Assembly (NCBI RefSeq): GCF_001194135.2
Contig: NC_068982.1
Location: forward strand, 44,715,493 to 44,779,492
DNA from: Octopus bimaculoides
Taxonomy: Eukaryota
Direction of reading: 5' to 3'
DNA: 64,000 nucleotides
Part shown: positions 51,104-64,000 of the stretch, piece after piece
Layout: each line of letters starts with the position of its first letter
Position numbering within the stretch: position 1 is the stretch's first letter
The notes under the pieces: model-generated
The model's input: the letters and a program-made list of their open reading frames with translations, nothing else
Told to the model about the DNA's origin: nothing
Databases searched by the model: none
Made by a program: the position numbers and the translations under genes

Positions 51104-51599
51104 CATACACACACATTATTGTTGGTATCTCTCGATGTGGATAATTTGTATTAAATTTATCAATATATTCTGAAACGTCTCAATATAAGAACGCTTTGAC
51201 ACAAAAGTGCGTTGATAGCAAAGATGAAACTTGAAACTCAACTGGATCTGAGAGCCCCGGTTCTCGTCCTGTCTCTTCTGTTTGATATCTCTTTCTGTTA
51301 GCCTCTTCTTTAGGGTTAATTTCAACCAAGTCGCATTCAACGAGGAATATCATTTACCTCTTTAAGGCATATTAGCTACTTCAGTAGCATAACTAGTGAG
51401 ATGTGGTTCGCTCTGGGCAACGCTTTTATGGGGGCGGCACTCTTGGATTTGATGTTTAAACATTGTATAGCAGACACGTGGGGGCAGAAACTCAAACGTT
51501 GCCACCGGGTGGCACATACACTCTAGTTACGCCTCTGAGCTGCATGACGAATCCACGAGGAAACTTCGGTATTAAACTTTCTGAATGCTTTCAGAATAT

Positions 51600-51920
51600 C
51601 AGTGGTTCCAAACTGGGGTCCACACGACCCTGGTAGGGATGGATCCATGTAAGATTTTGATATTAAAATGTATGTTCAATAAATTGGTTTTACTACAGTA
51701 CACAAAATATTTTAACAACTTTTTAATACAATTCCTAATATTTAAATATACTCTTTTATTCTTTTATTTGTTTCAGTCATTTGACTGCGGCCATGCTGGA
51801 GCACCGCATTTAAAAATATAATAGAATTTTTTAAACATTGAATGGCTGTGAAGGTCCTTCCAAGAAAAATATGAATCAAAGGGCTCCATAGATAAAATAA
51901 AAAATAGTTGAGCAACACTG
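51600..51920. mobile_element. hAT (Charlie-like) MITE with a nested family A SINE tail (~51765-51812)
   Basis: 5' CAGTGGTTCCAAACT and 3' AGTTGAGCAACACTG imperfect TIRs; no TSD match. Confidence 0.5.
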
Positions 51921-52092
51921 CTTTGGTTCTTTGTATCACCATCACGGGGCTCCTACTGGACTTGTTCCTTCTTGTAATTCTCTGTGCATAAGTATATCTG
52001 AGTGTTAAACGCGCGCGTGCACACACGCACACACATAATTCATTGCATATATACACACATGCACACTCAGATATAAGTGTAAAGAAATAATT

Positions 52093-52398
52093 TTGTTGTT
52101 GTTGGCATTCCGTCGCTTACGACGTCGAGGGTTCCAGTTGATCCGATCAACGGAACAGCCTGCTCGTGAAATTAACGTGCAAGTGGCTGAGCACTCCACA
52201 GACACGTGTACCCTTAACGTAGTTCTCGGAGATATTCAGCGTGACACAGTGTGACAAGGCTGACCACCATCCCCTGCCGGAGCCTCGTGGAGCTTTAGGT
52301 GTTTTTGCTCAATAAACACTCACAACGCCCGGTCTGGGAATCGAAACCGCGATTCTATGACCGCGAGTCCGCTGCCCTAACCACTGGGCCATTGCGCC
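52093..52398 (-). mobile_element. Young SINE with family E tail and a distinct tRNA-derived head
   Basis: Head GGCGCAATGGCCCAGTGGTTAGGGCAGCGGACTC..GTTTCGATTCCC (good A and B boxes); tail ends in (CAA)n. Confidence 0.85.
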
Positions 52399-52941
52399 TT
52401 CAAAGAAATAATTAGTGTTGACCAAAAGCAATAACTAATCAACCTTTTAACCGCTTGCGCTTCTCTGAGAATTTTACGCAGTTCCCATACGATCTAACAA
52501 TAGTTAAGATGAATACTAGCATAACCTCATCATGACGTAGTTAACTATGACATTTAAAACACCTCCCCGTCTCTCTCCTTTTATAATTTATTGTCCGCTC
52601 CGGGAAACCGATTTATTAACTCCTCAAATTTAGCAGCATTTCCGTGTTTGAGTGTTTGTTTTTTGCTTTTTATTTTTATTTATTTATTTTGTGATAGCAG
52701 TTATTTACAAAGCACATTCCAGTGGCCAAGGAAGGAGTCTCCACGTGGTCAATCAATTCGTTAAAAATAGTAGACAAACCTTCCTCAAATCACGACCTGC
52801 CATTTCGAAAAGGTTGGGAAACACTTGACAATATGTTTGTGGATATACAAAACGACAAACTGGTGATGATACAGATAAACAATGACTGGTGTTATAGCCA
52901 TCTATATTATGTGATGACGTCTATTAATGGTGGATAAACTA

Positions 52942-53106
52942 GGCGCAGGAGTGGCTATGTGGTAAGTAGCTTGCTAACCAACTACATGGTTCCAAGTTCA
53001 GTCCCACTGCGTAGCACCTTGAGCATGTGTCTTCTACTATAGCCTCAAGCCGACCAAAGCCTTGTGAGTGGATTTGATAGACGGAAACTGAAAGAAGCCC
53101 GTCGTA

Positions 53107-53149
<43 letters not shown>

Positions 53150-53370
53150 TTGTGTGTCTGTGTTTGTCCCCCCACCCACCCAACATCACTTGACAACCGA
53201 TGCTGGTGTGTTTACGTCCCTGTAACTTAGCGGTTCGGCAAAATAGACCGATATAATAAGTACTAGGCTTACAAAGAATAAGTCCTGGGGTCGATTTGCT
53301 CGACTAAAGGTGATGCTCCAGCATGGCCGCAGTCAAATAACTGAAAGAAGTATAAGAGCAAAAGAGTAAA
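52942..53370 (+). mobile_element. Family A SINE, full length
   Basis: Near-identical to 11557-11945. Confidence 0.92.
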
Positions 53371-53551
53371 CTAGCACGGATTTTGAGAGTTCCGTGATAC
53401 GAAATTGTATGATCACGAGTTTGCTTCCATGCTCGCTCGACAAAAACCATCTTTATACCAAACTTCCTACATCAAAGCTACCTTCCCTATATAAAGGAGT
53501 GGGAGTTTTAAGTTTCGTATTATCTAAACACCACCTAGCAACTATCTATTT

Positions 53552-53735
53552 CAGTGCTCAGCAACTAGTATACCGCGGCACACTGGTGTGCCACGAGACG
53601 ATGCTAGGTGTGCCGCAATGTAAACTAAATATAATTTTCCCCGATACTTTTAGCGGTATTTTTAGTTCAGGTGTGCCGCCGAATTTTGAAAAGAATATAA
53701 GTGTACCACTAGTGAAAAAAGGTTGCGGAACACTG
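53552..53735. mobile_element. hAT (Charlie-like) MITE
   Basis: TIRs CAGTGCTCAGCAAC / GTTGCGGAACACTG (12 of 14); GGTGTGCCGC subterminal motifs; 8-bp flanks ATCTATTT / ACCTATAC (5 of 8). Confidence 0.7.
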
Positions 53736-53900
53736 ACCTATACTACCCTTGCTTTACCATGCCTGAACACATGTTCACTGGCTCGGGAACGAAATCAGCT
53801 TAGGGGGTGCAAACCCAGGTTCAAATTTTTTTACAAAGTTTTATCGTTTTTTTTTATTAATATATTTGTTCTTTGTTCTCTGAGAAGAAACCTAACTTCC

Positions 53901-54253
53901 TCTTTTACTTGTTTCAGTCATTTCACTGCGGCCATGCTGGAGCACCGCATTTAGTCGAGAAAATCGACCCCAGGACTTATTTTTTGTAAGCCTAGTACTT
54001 ATTTTATCGGTCTCTTTTTGCCGAACGGCTAAGTTACGGGGACGTAAACACACCAGCATCGGTTCTCAAGCGATGTTGGGGGGCACACACAGACACACAA
54101 ACACACACACACATACATATATATACATATATACGACGGGCTTCTTTCAGTTTCCGTCTACCAAATCTACTCACAAGGCTTTAGTCGGCCCTAGGCTATA
54201 GTAGAAGACACTTGCCCAAGGTGCCACACAGTGGGACTGAACCCGGAGCCATG
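53901..54253 (-). mobile_element. Family A SINE (5' end lost in the gap)
   Basis: Reverse complement of family A from tail to mid-head. Confidence 0.92.
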
Positions 54254-56021
54254 NNNNNNNNNNNNNNNNNNNNNNNNNNNNNNNNNNNNNNNNNNNNNNN
54301 NNNNNNNNNNNNNNNNNNNNNNNNNNNNNNNNNNNNNNNNNNNNNNNNNNNNNNNNNNNNNNNNNNNNNNNNNNNNNNNNNNNNNNNNNNNNNNNNNNNN
54401 NNNNNNNNNNNNNNNNNNNNNNNNNNNNNNNNNNNNNNNNNNNNNNNNNNNNNNNNNNNNNNNNNNNNNNNNNNNNNNNNNNNNNNNNNNNNNNNNNNNN
54501 NNNNNNNNNNNNNNNNNNNNNNNNNNNNNNNNNNNNNNNNNNNNNNNNNNNNNNNNNNNNNNNNNNNNNNNNNNNNNNNNNNNNNNNNNNNNNNNNNNNN
54601 NNNNNNNNNNNNNNNNNNNNNNNNNNNNNNNNNNNNNNNNNNNNNNNNNNNNNNNNNNNNNNNNNNNNNNNNNNNNNNNNNNNNNNNNNNNNNNNNNNNN
54701 NNNNNNNNNNNNNNNNNNNNNNNNNNNNNNNNNNNNNNNNNNNNNNNNNNNNNNNNNNNNNNNNNNNNNNNNNNNNNNNNNNNNNNNNNNNNNNNNNNNN
54801 NNNNNNNNNNNNNNNNNNNNNNNNNNNNNNNNNNNNNNNNNNNNNNNNNNNNNNNNNNNNNNNGGTAGTAAAGAAATAGCACACATTATATATAAAAAGA
54901 AAAAGGTTGTATCAACCAAAGACATCCTGAACGATGTTTAAAAAGACAGTATGATGAAGGCTTTAACTTATTTGATATTAGGTCTGTTCGATCAAGGTCG
55001 CACCAGGGCTAAACAACAACAACAAGAACAACAACACATATTCGTGTTTCTTATTAATGATACAAGGTTGCTTTTTCCAATGGAATCGGTTGTGTGAGCT
55101 TCTATCGAGCGGNNNNNNNNNNNNNNNNNNNGGGGGGGGGGGGTTCTTGTTCGTTTGTTTTTTGCACTCGGCATGCATCTACTCTGCACCTCCCATCCTT
55201 AATGCACTCATAGAAACATGCACCCACGTGCACACACACACACACACACACTTTCATACATGCACATTCACAGCATAATGATATCCCGAGACTGATTCGT
55301 GTTTCTCTTATTGTTTCGATCGATTCGATCCCTTGTGGATGTTGACATTAGCAGCCAGCTGCCTGTGGTAGTAGTAATGGTGGTGGTGGTGGTGGTGGTG
55401 GTNNNNNNNNNNNNNNNNNNNNNNNNNNNNNNNNNNNNNNNNNNNNNNNNNNNNNNNNNNNNNNNNNNNNNNNNNNNNNNNNNNNNNNNNNNNNNNNNNN
55501 NNNNNNNNNNNNNNNNNNNNNNNNNNNNNNNNNNNNNNNNNNNNNNNNNNNNNNNNNNNNNNNNNNNNNNNNNNNNNNNNNNNNNNNNNNNNNNNNNNNN
55601 NNNNNNNNNNNNNNNNNNNNNNNNNNNNNNNNNNNNNNNNNNNNNNNNNNNNNNNNNNNNNNNNNNNNNNNNNNNNNNNNNNNNNNNNNNNNNNNNNNNN
55701 NNNNNNNNNNNNNNNNNNNNNNNNNNNNNNNNNNNNNNNNNNNNNNNNNNNNNNNNNNNNNNNNNNNNNNNAATGGTAAGCTTGCTGTAATGTGAATTTC
55801 GATGACTTTACTAAGGGATAATGTTGATGGTGATTATCATGATAATGATGATCAGGAGGAAGAAGAGAAGAAGATGAAGAAAAAAGGAGGAGGAGGAGGA
55901 GGAGATGTAAGAAGAAAATGAATATGACACAGTTACTCCCCGTCCTTGGTGTTGCTGTAGCTTTTTTCACTTTCTAGTGTTATTGCTACACGATGAGCAT
56001 CGTGTGTATGCGCGCGTGTGG

Positions 56022-56059
<38 letters not shown>

Positions 56060-56690
56060 CAGCATGTTTGATGGGTTTACTGCGCATGTGTGTGAGCTTC
56101 CTATATGCAATACAATGTATGGGGTGCACACATCACCTATTAAGCCAGTTGCTGTTCTCACAGTTCCCAGTCGGCAAATGGCAAACATCACAATGAAGGT
56201 ATCAACTGTGCTTTAAAATGACACAACAAAGTGAAAGATGGCAGAAAAGAGCATCAGCACCAAACTCTGGAGACATCTTTCTACGACCAGGACTATTTGG
56301 AGAATACGCTGCTTATCCTCACGAATGGTATAAAGCGACAGATGTAATCACCTCTCCTTTCCACCCTTCCCCTCTCTCTCTCTCTCTCTTTCTCTTTATC
56401 TCTCTCTTGTGTGTGTATGTGTGTGCGTGTGTGTGTGATTATATATATATATTATAAATTTAATCTTAAGCATGTGAATATTTTATGTTAATGCGACCGA
56501 ATTCTTTTTACAACTAACTATGTAAATGAGAAAAGACCTGACCTGATGGGAATGCAGTTTTCATAAAATAACATGCTCAATACATTCCCTCAAAAGCTAA
56601 GAGGAAGTAAACGAATCCTGATGATGGCTTTAACAAAAGACAAAACTAGTTGACTCAGACTTTTCTCTTGGATGCTGAGCGTCCAGCACA

Positions 56691-56721
<31 letters not shown>

Positions 56722-58387
56722 CATATAAATATATATATAAAACCAGTTACGAATTAAAAGTAGCGCTAGTGTTGTAGACATTATCGAACGCACATACTCA
56801 ATATACGTTTGCTTGTTAACGTTTGAGGGTCGACGACCCCATAGCACGGGGTATTATAAATACCTGAAAGTCATAGACAGGTGAGACAATCCGCTCCTAG
56901 TCCCATTCAGGAATGATAGATATCGATATTTCGCCGTGTGTGTGTGTGTGTGTGTGTGTGTTCACATACACACACACGCACACATGTGATATGTGGCTGG
57001 GTGTGCGAGTGTGTTGTCGTAGATATGGCCGAATGGTTGAGACGTTCTTTTCTCAGTTATGACGTCACGGGTTCTATCTCTTAGAGTAGTATCATAGGCA
57101 AGTATCTTTTAGCGTAGCTTCAAATCGACCCCGAATCTTGAGAGTGGGTAGACGGAAACGATCAGAAACTCGCCGGATGGACTGTACCTGTAATTGAAGG
57201 TCTCGTCTTTGTTCTCCTCGATAAATGCATTAAGGGTATACTTGTCTGTGGAATATTCAGCCACTTGCATGCTAATTCAATGAATATTCTGCTCTTCTGA
57301 TCGAACAATTGGAACACTCGTTGTCGAATCCGACGGAGATCCATTTTCATATAAATGCGCGCACACACACACATGTATGCATGTATGTATGAATGAATGC
57401 CTGTATGTGTATATGTATGAATGCGTGCACGCATGTACGTATGTACAAACGTATGTATACGTATGCATGTATGTATGCATGTGTATCTGTATGAATGTAT
57501 GAACGTATACATGCATGTGTATCTGTTTGTATGAATGAATGCATGCATCCATGTCTATATACATGTGTGTATGCATGCATGCATGTATGAATGTATGCAT
57601 ACGTGTTTCTATGTATGTCTCTATGCATGTGTGNNNNNNNNNNNNNNNNNNNNNNNNNNNNNNNNNNNNNNNNNNNNNNNNNNNNNNNNNNNNNNNNNNN
57701 NNNNNNNNNNNNNNNNNNNNNNNNNNNNNNNNNNNNNNNNNNNNNNNNNNNNNNNNNNNNNNNNNNNNNNNNNNNNNNNNNNNNNNNNNNNNNNNNNNNN
57801 NNNNNNNNNNNNNNNNNNNNNNNNNNNNNNNNNNNNNNNNNNNNNNNNNNNNNNNNNNNNNNNNNNNNNNNNNNNNNNNNNNNNNNNNNNNNNNNNNNNN
57901 NNNNNNNNNNNNNNNNNNNNNNNNNNNNNNNNNNNNNNNNGTCCCTCCTCATCACATCCTACCCTAACGTCCCATTACGAGCAGTAATGATAGACTCGTC
58001 CTTCTTTTACTTTCCTTTTGCTCCAAACCGCAGGCACAACATTAAAAAAAGAAATCAATATTGTTTCTATTATTCTTATATATCCCAAGATACATGACTC
58101 GGTTTTTTGTTGAAAGGAAGGGGGGACAGACTTTGTTGAGATGTATCCTGTATATTACTGGTACGGGAGGGGGAGGGAAGAGAGAGAGAGAGAGAGAAAG
58201 GAGACGCGAGGATATTAATTAAACCTTAGTTATCTGTCACATCATAGTGGATAAGAAAATGAGTGAAGATAAGAGAGAAAGAAAGGGAAGGAAGTAAAAG
58301 AGGATGATGCAAGAGAAAGCTATAGAGTAAGGGAAAGAAGGGGAAGGAAAATAAGAGAGAATGTGTATAAGAGAGAATGTATGTGCT

Positions 58388-58443
<56 letters not shown>

Positions 58444-58748
58444 CGTGAATGCATGAGAGTGTGCGCGTAGGTGTGTGTGTGTATGTGTGTGAGAGAGAGA
58501 GACAGAGAGAGTCAGATAGATAGACAGACAGACAGAGTGTATGGAAGAGAAAAGGTATATGAGGGAGAGTGACTGTATGTACGAAAGAGAGAGAATGTGT
58601 GTGTGAGAGAGAGAGAGAAAGAGAGGGGGGAGAGAGAAACAGCCTTTGGTTCTGTTTCTTGAAAACCATAATTTGTTATTGATAAGCTTTCTTCTAAGAT
58701 GTATTTTGTATTGGACCTTCCTTACTTTAGTGTGCAGGTAGGAATGTG

Positions 58749-58788
<40 letters not shown>

Positions 58789-58798
58789 NNNNNNNNNN

Positions 58799-58844
<46 letters not shown>

Positions 58845-59101
58845 CTTATGTGTGTGCGTATGTGTGTGTGCGTGCGTGCGCGTACGTCAGTGTTTTTTGT
58901 ACCTTTGTGTGTGTGCGCATGCATTAGCTTTGCGTCTTTCATCTACGTGTATCTGTATTCTTGTTGTTTACTCTTAGATTGGCCAAAGTCAGGAAGATCT
59001 ATATTATATCGAAGACATTTCAGACATGGCTGCATCTTTTTATGCTTCGTGCATTAAGTATATCTACAACTGCATCATCTAACATGTCTTCCTCGTTGTT
59101 A

Positions 59102-59146
<45 letters not shown>

Positions 59147-59150
59147 GTGA

Positions 59151-59340
59151 AGGCGACGAGCTGGCAGAATCATTAGCACGCTGGACGAAATGCTTAGCGG
59201 TATTTCGCCTGTCGTTGCGTTCTGAGTTCAAATTCCGCCTTTCGGGGTCGATTAAATAAGTATCAGTTACACACTGGGGTCGATGTAATCGACTTAATCC
59301 CTTCCCCAAAATTTGAGGCCTTGTGCTTCCAGTAGAAAAA
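59151..59340 (+). mobile_element. SINE family B
   Basis: GACGAGCTGGCAGAATC..TTCTGAGTTCAAATTCCGCC..CACTGGGGTCGATGTAATCGAC. Confidence 0.85.
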
Positions 59341-59344
59341 ATTA

Positions 59345-60356
59345 TTACCTTCTCTTTAGCGAAGGTATTGTTTTCAGTCGCATTTGTTTGTTTGTTTGTC
59401 TGTGGACAAGATACCTCAAGAATCGCAGGATGGATTCGGATGAAATTTTCAGGAATGTTTGACATCGTGACTGGCACAAACTAATTAAATTTTGGGATCG
59501 ATCTGGTACCGGACAAAGATTCTGGATTATTTGTTATATTTACGTTACTTTACAGGAAGTATTACGATCTTACGTTGACTTTCAAGACTTTCTCTGATTA
59601 TCTCCCTTGAAATCACGCTCATGGTTTCCACGTAAGTTATGGTGGTGTTGCTGTTTCCAAAGTTTTATTTTCGTTTCTATATTATTAATTTTACTCGCGT
59701 CTGTATCTTAGTAGAAACTGATGGATAAAGAAATCAAAATACATAAACAAACGGCAGCAAAACCGCTCAGAAATTGACATTAACGTATTCGGTAACAATA
59801 ATAAATTTGATTTATCCTCATCAATTTTCAGTTTTACCAATTTTGAATATATCGCTCCTGTTTAAAACCTCTTACTTACTTGACAATTGCATTTCTGGCT
59901 CTGCCTTGATGAAAGATTTACTTCTTGGACTCACGTTTTTGTGCAAGCCCTTTCCGTTTTCTTTCACGCACGGATAAATTTTTCACTGTAGACCTTAATG
60001 ATCGTAAAGACACTATATCAGTGGATAGACTAAAAAATGCCTTCATAGAGAAAACTGTCCCTGTTCTCACTGCAGACGACACACACGCAGCATTACAAAC
60101 ACGGCTCGCACACCCACCTTCACATTCCATGACTACCATTGAGATCGATCTGGTACCAGACAAGGATTCTGGATTGATTTTCCGGGGTTTTTAACTTGAT
60201 TTTTGAGAGCGGTCGGGTTCATTTTTAGTATTCTCGTTTGTGAGAGCAGTCGAGTTTATTTCAGATATTCTCAAATTAAAAATCATCTCCGGCTAATAGT
60301 GGAGAGGACGTTGGTGTTGCCTTGGCGAAGGTTTGCGCTCTCTGGGTCTTCTTGTT
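59345..60356 (+). mobile_element. Helentron-type non-autonomous element (HINE/DINE-1-like) with an internal insert
   Basis: 5' TTACCTTC..GCGAAGGTA short palindrome, (TTTG)n, 3' GGCGAAGGT subterminal repeat, T-rich end; a 33-bp internal direct repeat at 59496-59528 and 60143-60175 brackets the insert. Confidence 0.6.
59911..60055 (+). pseudogene. Ty3/Gypsy integrase C-terminal (GPY/F-type) fragment
   Basis: THVFVQ, then a frameshifting deletion, then PFRFLSRTDKFFTVDLNDRKDTISVDRLKNAF; matches the recalled THVFVR..GPF.V..R..K.F....NG....SIDRLKPA motif. Confidence 0.75.
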
Positions 60357-60400
60357 GTTGTTGTTGTTGTTATTATTATTATTATTATTACTATTACTAA

Positions 60401-60613
60401 GGCAGCGAGCTGGCAGAATCGTTAGCAAGCCGGGCGAAATGCTTAGCGGTATTTTGTCTGTCGCTACGTTCTGAGTTCAAATTCCGCCGAGGTCGACTTT
60501 GCCTCTCAGCCTTTCGGGGTCGATAAATTAAGGACTAGTTGCGTACTGGGGTTGATCTAATCGATTGGACTCCCTCCCCCAAAATTTCGGGTCTTGTGCC
60601 TAGAATAGAAAAG

Positions 60614-60655
<42 letters not shown>

Positions 60656-60882
60656 GTTGTTGTTGCAGTGAGCTGGCAGATTCGTTAGTACGCCGGGCGA
60701 AATGCTTAGCGGTATTTCGTCCGCCGCTACGTTCTGAGTTCAAATTCCGCCGAGGTTGACTTTGCCTTTCAGCCTTTCGGAGTCGATAAAATAAGTACCA
60801 GTTGAACATTGGGGCCAATGTAATCGACTCATCCCCACTCCCCCAAGCTGCCCTTGTGGCAAAAATTTGAAATAATTATTAT
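60401..60882 (+). mobile_element. Two tandem copies of SINE family B separated by (ATT)n(GTT)n
   Basis: 60401-60615 and ~60668-60882 each show the full head, central block and tail. Confidence 0.9.
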
Positions 60883-61189
60883 ACAAAACTGTAGGATTAA
60901 TATATGAAGAATTTTTACAACTATTTCTAACGAGCCGAGGGACGTCTTTGAAGCTTGTAGCAAAATGCTTGACTGTGCATATCTATACTCATGTATATAG
61001 TGTGTGTGTATGTTTATGTTTGTGTCAATGCATGCCTGTATACGTGGGTGTGTTATACTACTTGTTACAAGTGCTCAATGAAGTATTATAAGTAAAAAGA
61101 TAAACAAGAGGTTTAACCTATTTGTTTTATACTTCCGCTTAATATCTCTGCCGTTGTTTTTACTATACTAACAGGCTATTTTATTGATA

Positions 61190-62290
61190 ATGATGATGAT
61201 GGGAGTGGCGGTGGCGGTAAGGGGTGGCAACACTGGTGGCGGCGGTAGTGGTGGTTGGGTGGGGTGCTGCTGCTACTGCTGCTGCTGCTGATAGAATTGT
61301 CATTGTTGTTGTTGGTGGTGGTGGCCACAGGATTGTAAGTTGACGTGGTGCTGCGTTTCGTGTTGCCGTTTACTATTTATAAATCCAGTCCCACTGTGTT
61401 ACAAAACATTCCAGCCGCGACCGTCCCCAATTTTTAAAAGATATAAGTCCATCTGAGATCACATTATCTAACGTGCCCTCTATTTTTAAGGCGGTTTGCT
61501 TTGTGATGTGAAGAGATATTATTTGGCTGCTATTTCTAGCAGGTTGAACCACCACGTACAGATGCCCTCAGCTGCTGCTGGTAGAGATGGCGATGATGGT
61601 GATGGTGAAATGGTTACAAATTGATTATGGTGGTGGTGTGGTGGTGGTGGTGATCGTGAATATATTTATTGATATTGACAGTCACTGTCGTAGTGGCGGT
61701 TTTGTTATGAACGTAGTAATTAAAGGAAGCATTTGTTAGTAGTATTAGGTGTTGTTATTGCTACTGTTGTTGTTGCTGCAGCTGATGGTGATGGTGACGG
61801 TGAGAGACTAGTTGTTTTAATAGTTAATGGTAAATGATCTGGTGATGATAGGTAGTTAAATCATGGCTGGTTTTTGTTGTGATGAAGCTGTTGTCGTGGC
61901 GACGACGACGGCGGCGACAATGTTGATGATGACGACGACGACGATCATGATGTTAAGGATCATCATCATCATCATCATCATCATCAACGTGACGACGGCG
62001 GTGGTGGTGATAGGAGCACCAGCAGATGTTGTAGTCGTATTATTACATCTGTTCTCCATGTTAGTGTTGGCGTTTGTGTTGATGTTGATGTTGTTGTTGG
62101 TGGTGGTGATGATGATGATGCTGGTCGGTAGTTATAAATATGACTGTTGTAGGCGTTAGGTGTGTGAGTGGCGGGAAGACGTTTGCAATATTGATTCCTT
62201 TACGAAATAGCAAAAACAAATTTCATGCTTGCATTTGTTATTGTTAAGAGTATTTTAGCTGATGCCGTAGTCGTAGTCGTTGTTGTTTCA
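61190..62290. repeat. Extended low-complexity triplet region (GGT/GAT/GTT/GAC/CAT) interrupted by a family F repeat
   Basis: Seen directly; its ORFs are poly-V/M/I/T runs. Confidence 0.85.
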
Positions 62291-64000
62291 CTTTCGTTTT
62301 TGATGAATCGCATAGATTGAACGGGTGACCGGAGAGCAAGGGGCGAATGCTTTTTTACAACTTTTAGTCGTGGGTGTTGTATGTAAGCGTGTGGTTCTCT
62401 TTTCGAGTTATCTCTAGACAACTTCATTGCTTAGTTATGACGTCAGTTGGTGCGTGTCATTTTTCGGAAATATTTGCATTTTTCAAATTAATTCAGCTGC
62501 TTTTTTTTTTTGTTTTTGTTTTATTTTAACTTGATTCCTTGCTACTATGGTTGTAGTTCAACTGATATTTCGCATGTGATTGAACTCTTCGTGGTAACTT
62601 TTTTTTTTAATATTTGTCAGACAGATAGATCATAGGCTGGCTCTTGAAAATTGCAAATATTAATGAATAACGAATGTAATNNNNNNNNNNNNNNNNNNNN
62701 NNNNNNNNNNNNNNNNNNNNNNNNNNNNNNNNNNNNNNNNNNNNNNNNNNNNNNNNNNNNNNNNNNNNNNNNNNNNNNNNNNNNNNNNNNNNNNNNNNNN
62801 NNNNNNNNNNNNNNNNNNNNNNNNNNNNNNNNNNNNNNNNNNNNNNNNNNNNNNNNNNNNNNNNNNNNNNNNNNNNNNNNNNNNNNNNNNNNNNNNNNNN
62901 NNNNNNNNNNNNNNNNNNNNNNNNNNNNNNNNNNNNNNNNNNNNNNNNNNNNNNNNNNNNNNNNNNNNNNNNNNNNNNNNNNNNNNNNNNNNNNNNNNNN
63001 NNNNNNNNNNNNNNNNNNNNNNNNNNNNNNNNNNNNNNNNNNNNNNNNNNNNNNNNNNNNNNNNNNNNNNNNNNNNNNNNNNNNNNNNNNNNNNNNNNNN
63101 NTCTATTACTGGTTTTGCTGCCTCATAAATAATTTGTATACTTTTCATATCAATTATATCTTTCATACTCAGCAGAAAAGCGTCAATGTCACGCAGTTTC
63201 CTTTTTAAAAAAATTGACAATCTTATGCCTCTAAGGAAATCAGTTATCGCTGTTTAGTTACAAGTTGGTTCAAATCGAACAGGCTCATAGTGACAAGCAC
63301 TCACGTCATCACTACCACCTCTTATTTTCATGAACGGGAAATACCGTGTTAGGTGTACTACTCAGAAAGTCCCGTGAGTCGCAGTTTATCCATGACTAGT
63401 CTTAGCGAATATCGTAAAATTGGTTTTAATTCTAGGTGGCGTGATTCTACGACCAAGTTCCATTTTCAAATATTCCATTCATGTTAAATTACTGGTACAT
63501 TTGAGAAAAGGATGATTGCCACATCATCCTAGTCCACTCAATTGGGAATCTTTTGATTACTCAATGAAAATGAGAATGCAGCATTAATTTAACAGAATTC
63601 GCTGCTCGTTTTTAATTCCAAATTTCACTTATGTTAATAATACAACGATGGACCCTCCATAAGTCCACTCGGTGGCAAAAAATAGCTGTCAGATCTCTCT
63701 TACATAATAGTCTATCGTCCTTAGAAAGTACCAAAATTTGTAACCATTATAAAATATAGTTCTAGATGTTTCTAAAAATATATTGGATGACCATTGTCGG
63801 AAAGCCTTTGGTCATAGGTCTGTTTGACTTATGGGTAAGTAACAGAAGCAAGAAATACATTATCACCACAGCATCCCATTTCTATTGATGTAAATAAATT
63901 CTCAGCTTTCTGTGTTTATACAAAAAACACTACAATAGCTGTAGAGCAAATAATTAAGTTGCAAGCAATACGATAATGGCTGAAGTTGTTTCACTTCTAC

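Noticed and set aside
51535-51575. ATGACGA-ATCCACGAG-GAAAC-TTCG-GTA hammerhead-like string
   Set aside because: C3 is lost, stem II is incomplete and stem I is absent; too degenerate to call.
52330-52398. tRNA gene (and similar heads at 11557, 44746, 52942, 60401)
   Set aside because: A/B boxes are present but there is no complete cloverleaf, and each continues into a SINE body.
56164-56457. Exon-like segment (PSRQMANITMK; ORF MTQQSERWQKRASAPNSGDIFLRPGLFGEY...)
   Set aside because: All frames from the acceptor stop early unless a weak GTATCA donor is used; no homology; similar support for a candidate at ~63434 was equally weak.
57185-57345. Protein-like minus-strand exon MQVAEYSTDKYTLNAFIEENKDETFNY with AG|GTACAG donor
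   Set aside because: It is mostly the antisense of a decayed family E SINE tail (matches 44935-45040 and 52100-52215), which shows that such protein-like reads can be spurious.

Overview
Eukaryotic, AT-rich, repeat-saturated draft-genome sequence. About 9.4 kb (~15%) is N, and most gaps are flanked by microsatellites. The SINE families and the dense (TA)n/(GT)n/(TATG)n/(GATA)n tracts point to a coleoid cephalopod, most likely Octopus (inference from recalled repeat sequences, no database search). No long host ORF exists: nearly all long entries in the ORF track are artefacts of N runs or simple repeats. The only well-supported host coding feature is a 55-nt + strand first coding exon encoding a signal peptide (28922-28976, MDVSPLFLLFLVLSLIER-, phase-1 GTAAGT donor); its downstream exons could not be identified. 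Transposon-derived coding remnants are a Penelope-like GIY-YIG endonuclease (~19480-19810, -), an R4/Dong-type LINE 3' end with CCHC knuckle and restriction-like endonuclease (~49975-50750, +), and a Gypsy integrase C-terminal fragment inside a Helentron-type non-autonomous element (~59345-60356). The most striking signal is about 16 minimal type I hammerhead-ribozyme-like motifs found by eye, of the Penelope (PLE) type with palindromic stem III. They occur as singletons, as a diverged tandem dimer (7440-7962) and as back-to-back pairs in long fold-back palindromes (1312-2046, 18524-18879, 45570-45835). One has an intact core and all three stems (38409-38466, -). Several carry core variants (U3-A8, U4C, A6U, A13G, A9U). 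All RNA structures were paired by hand and none is experimentally tested.
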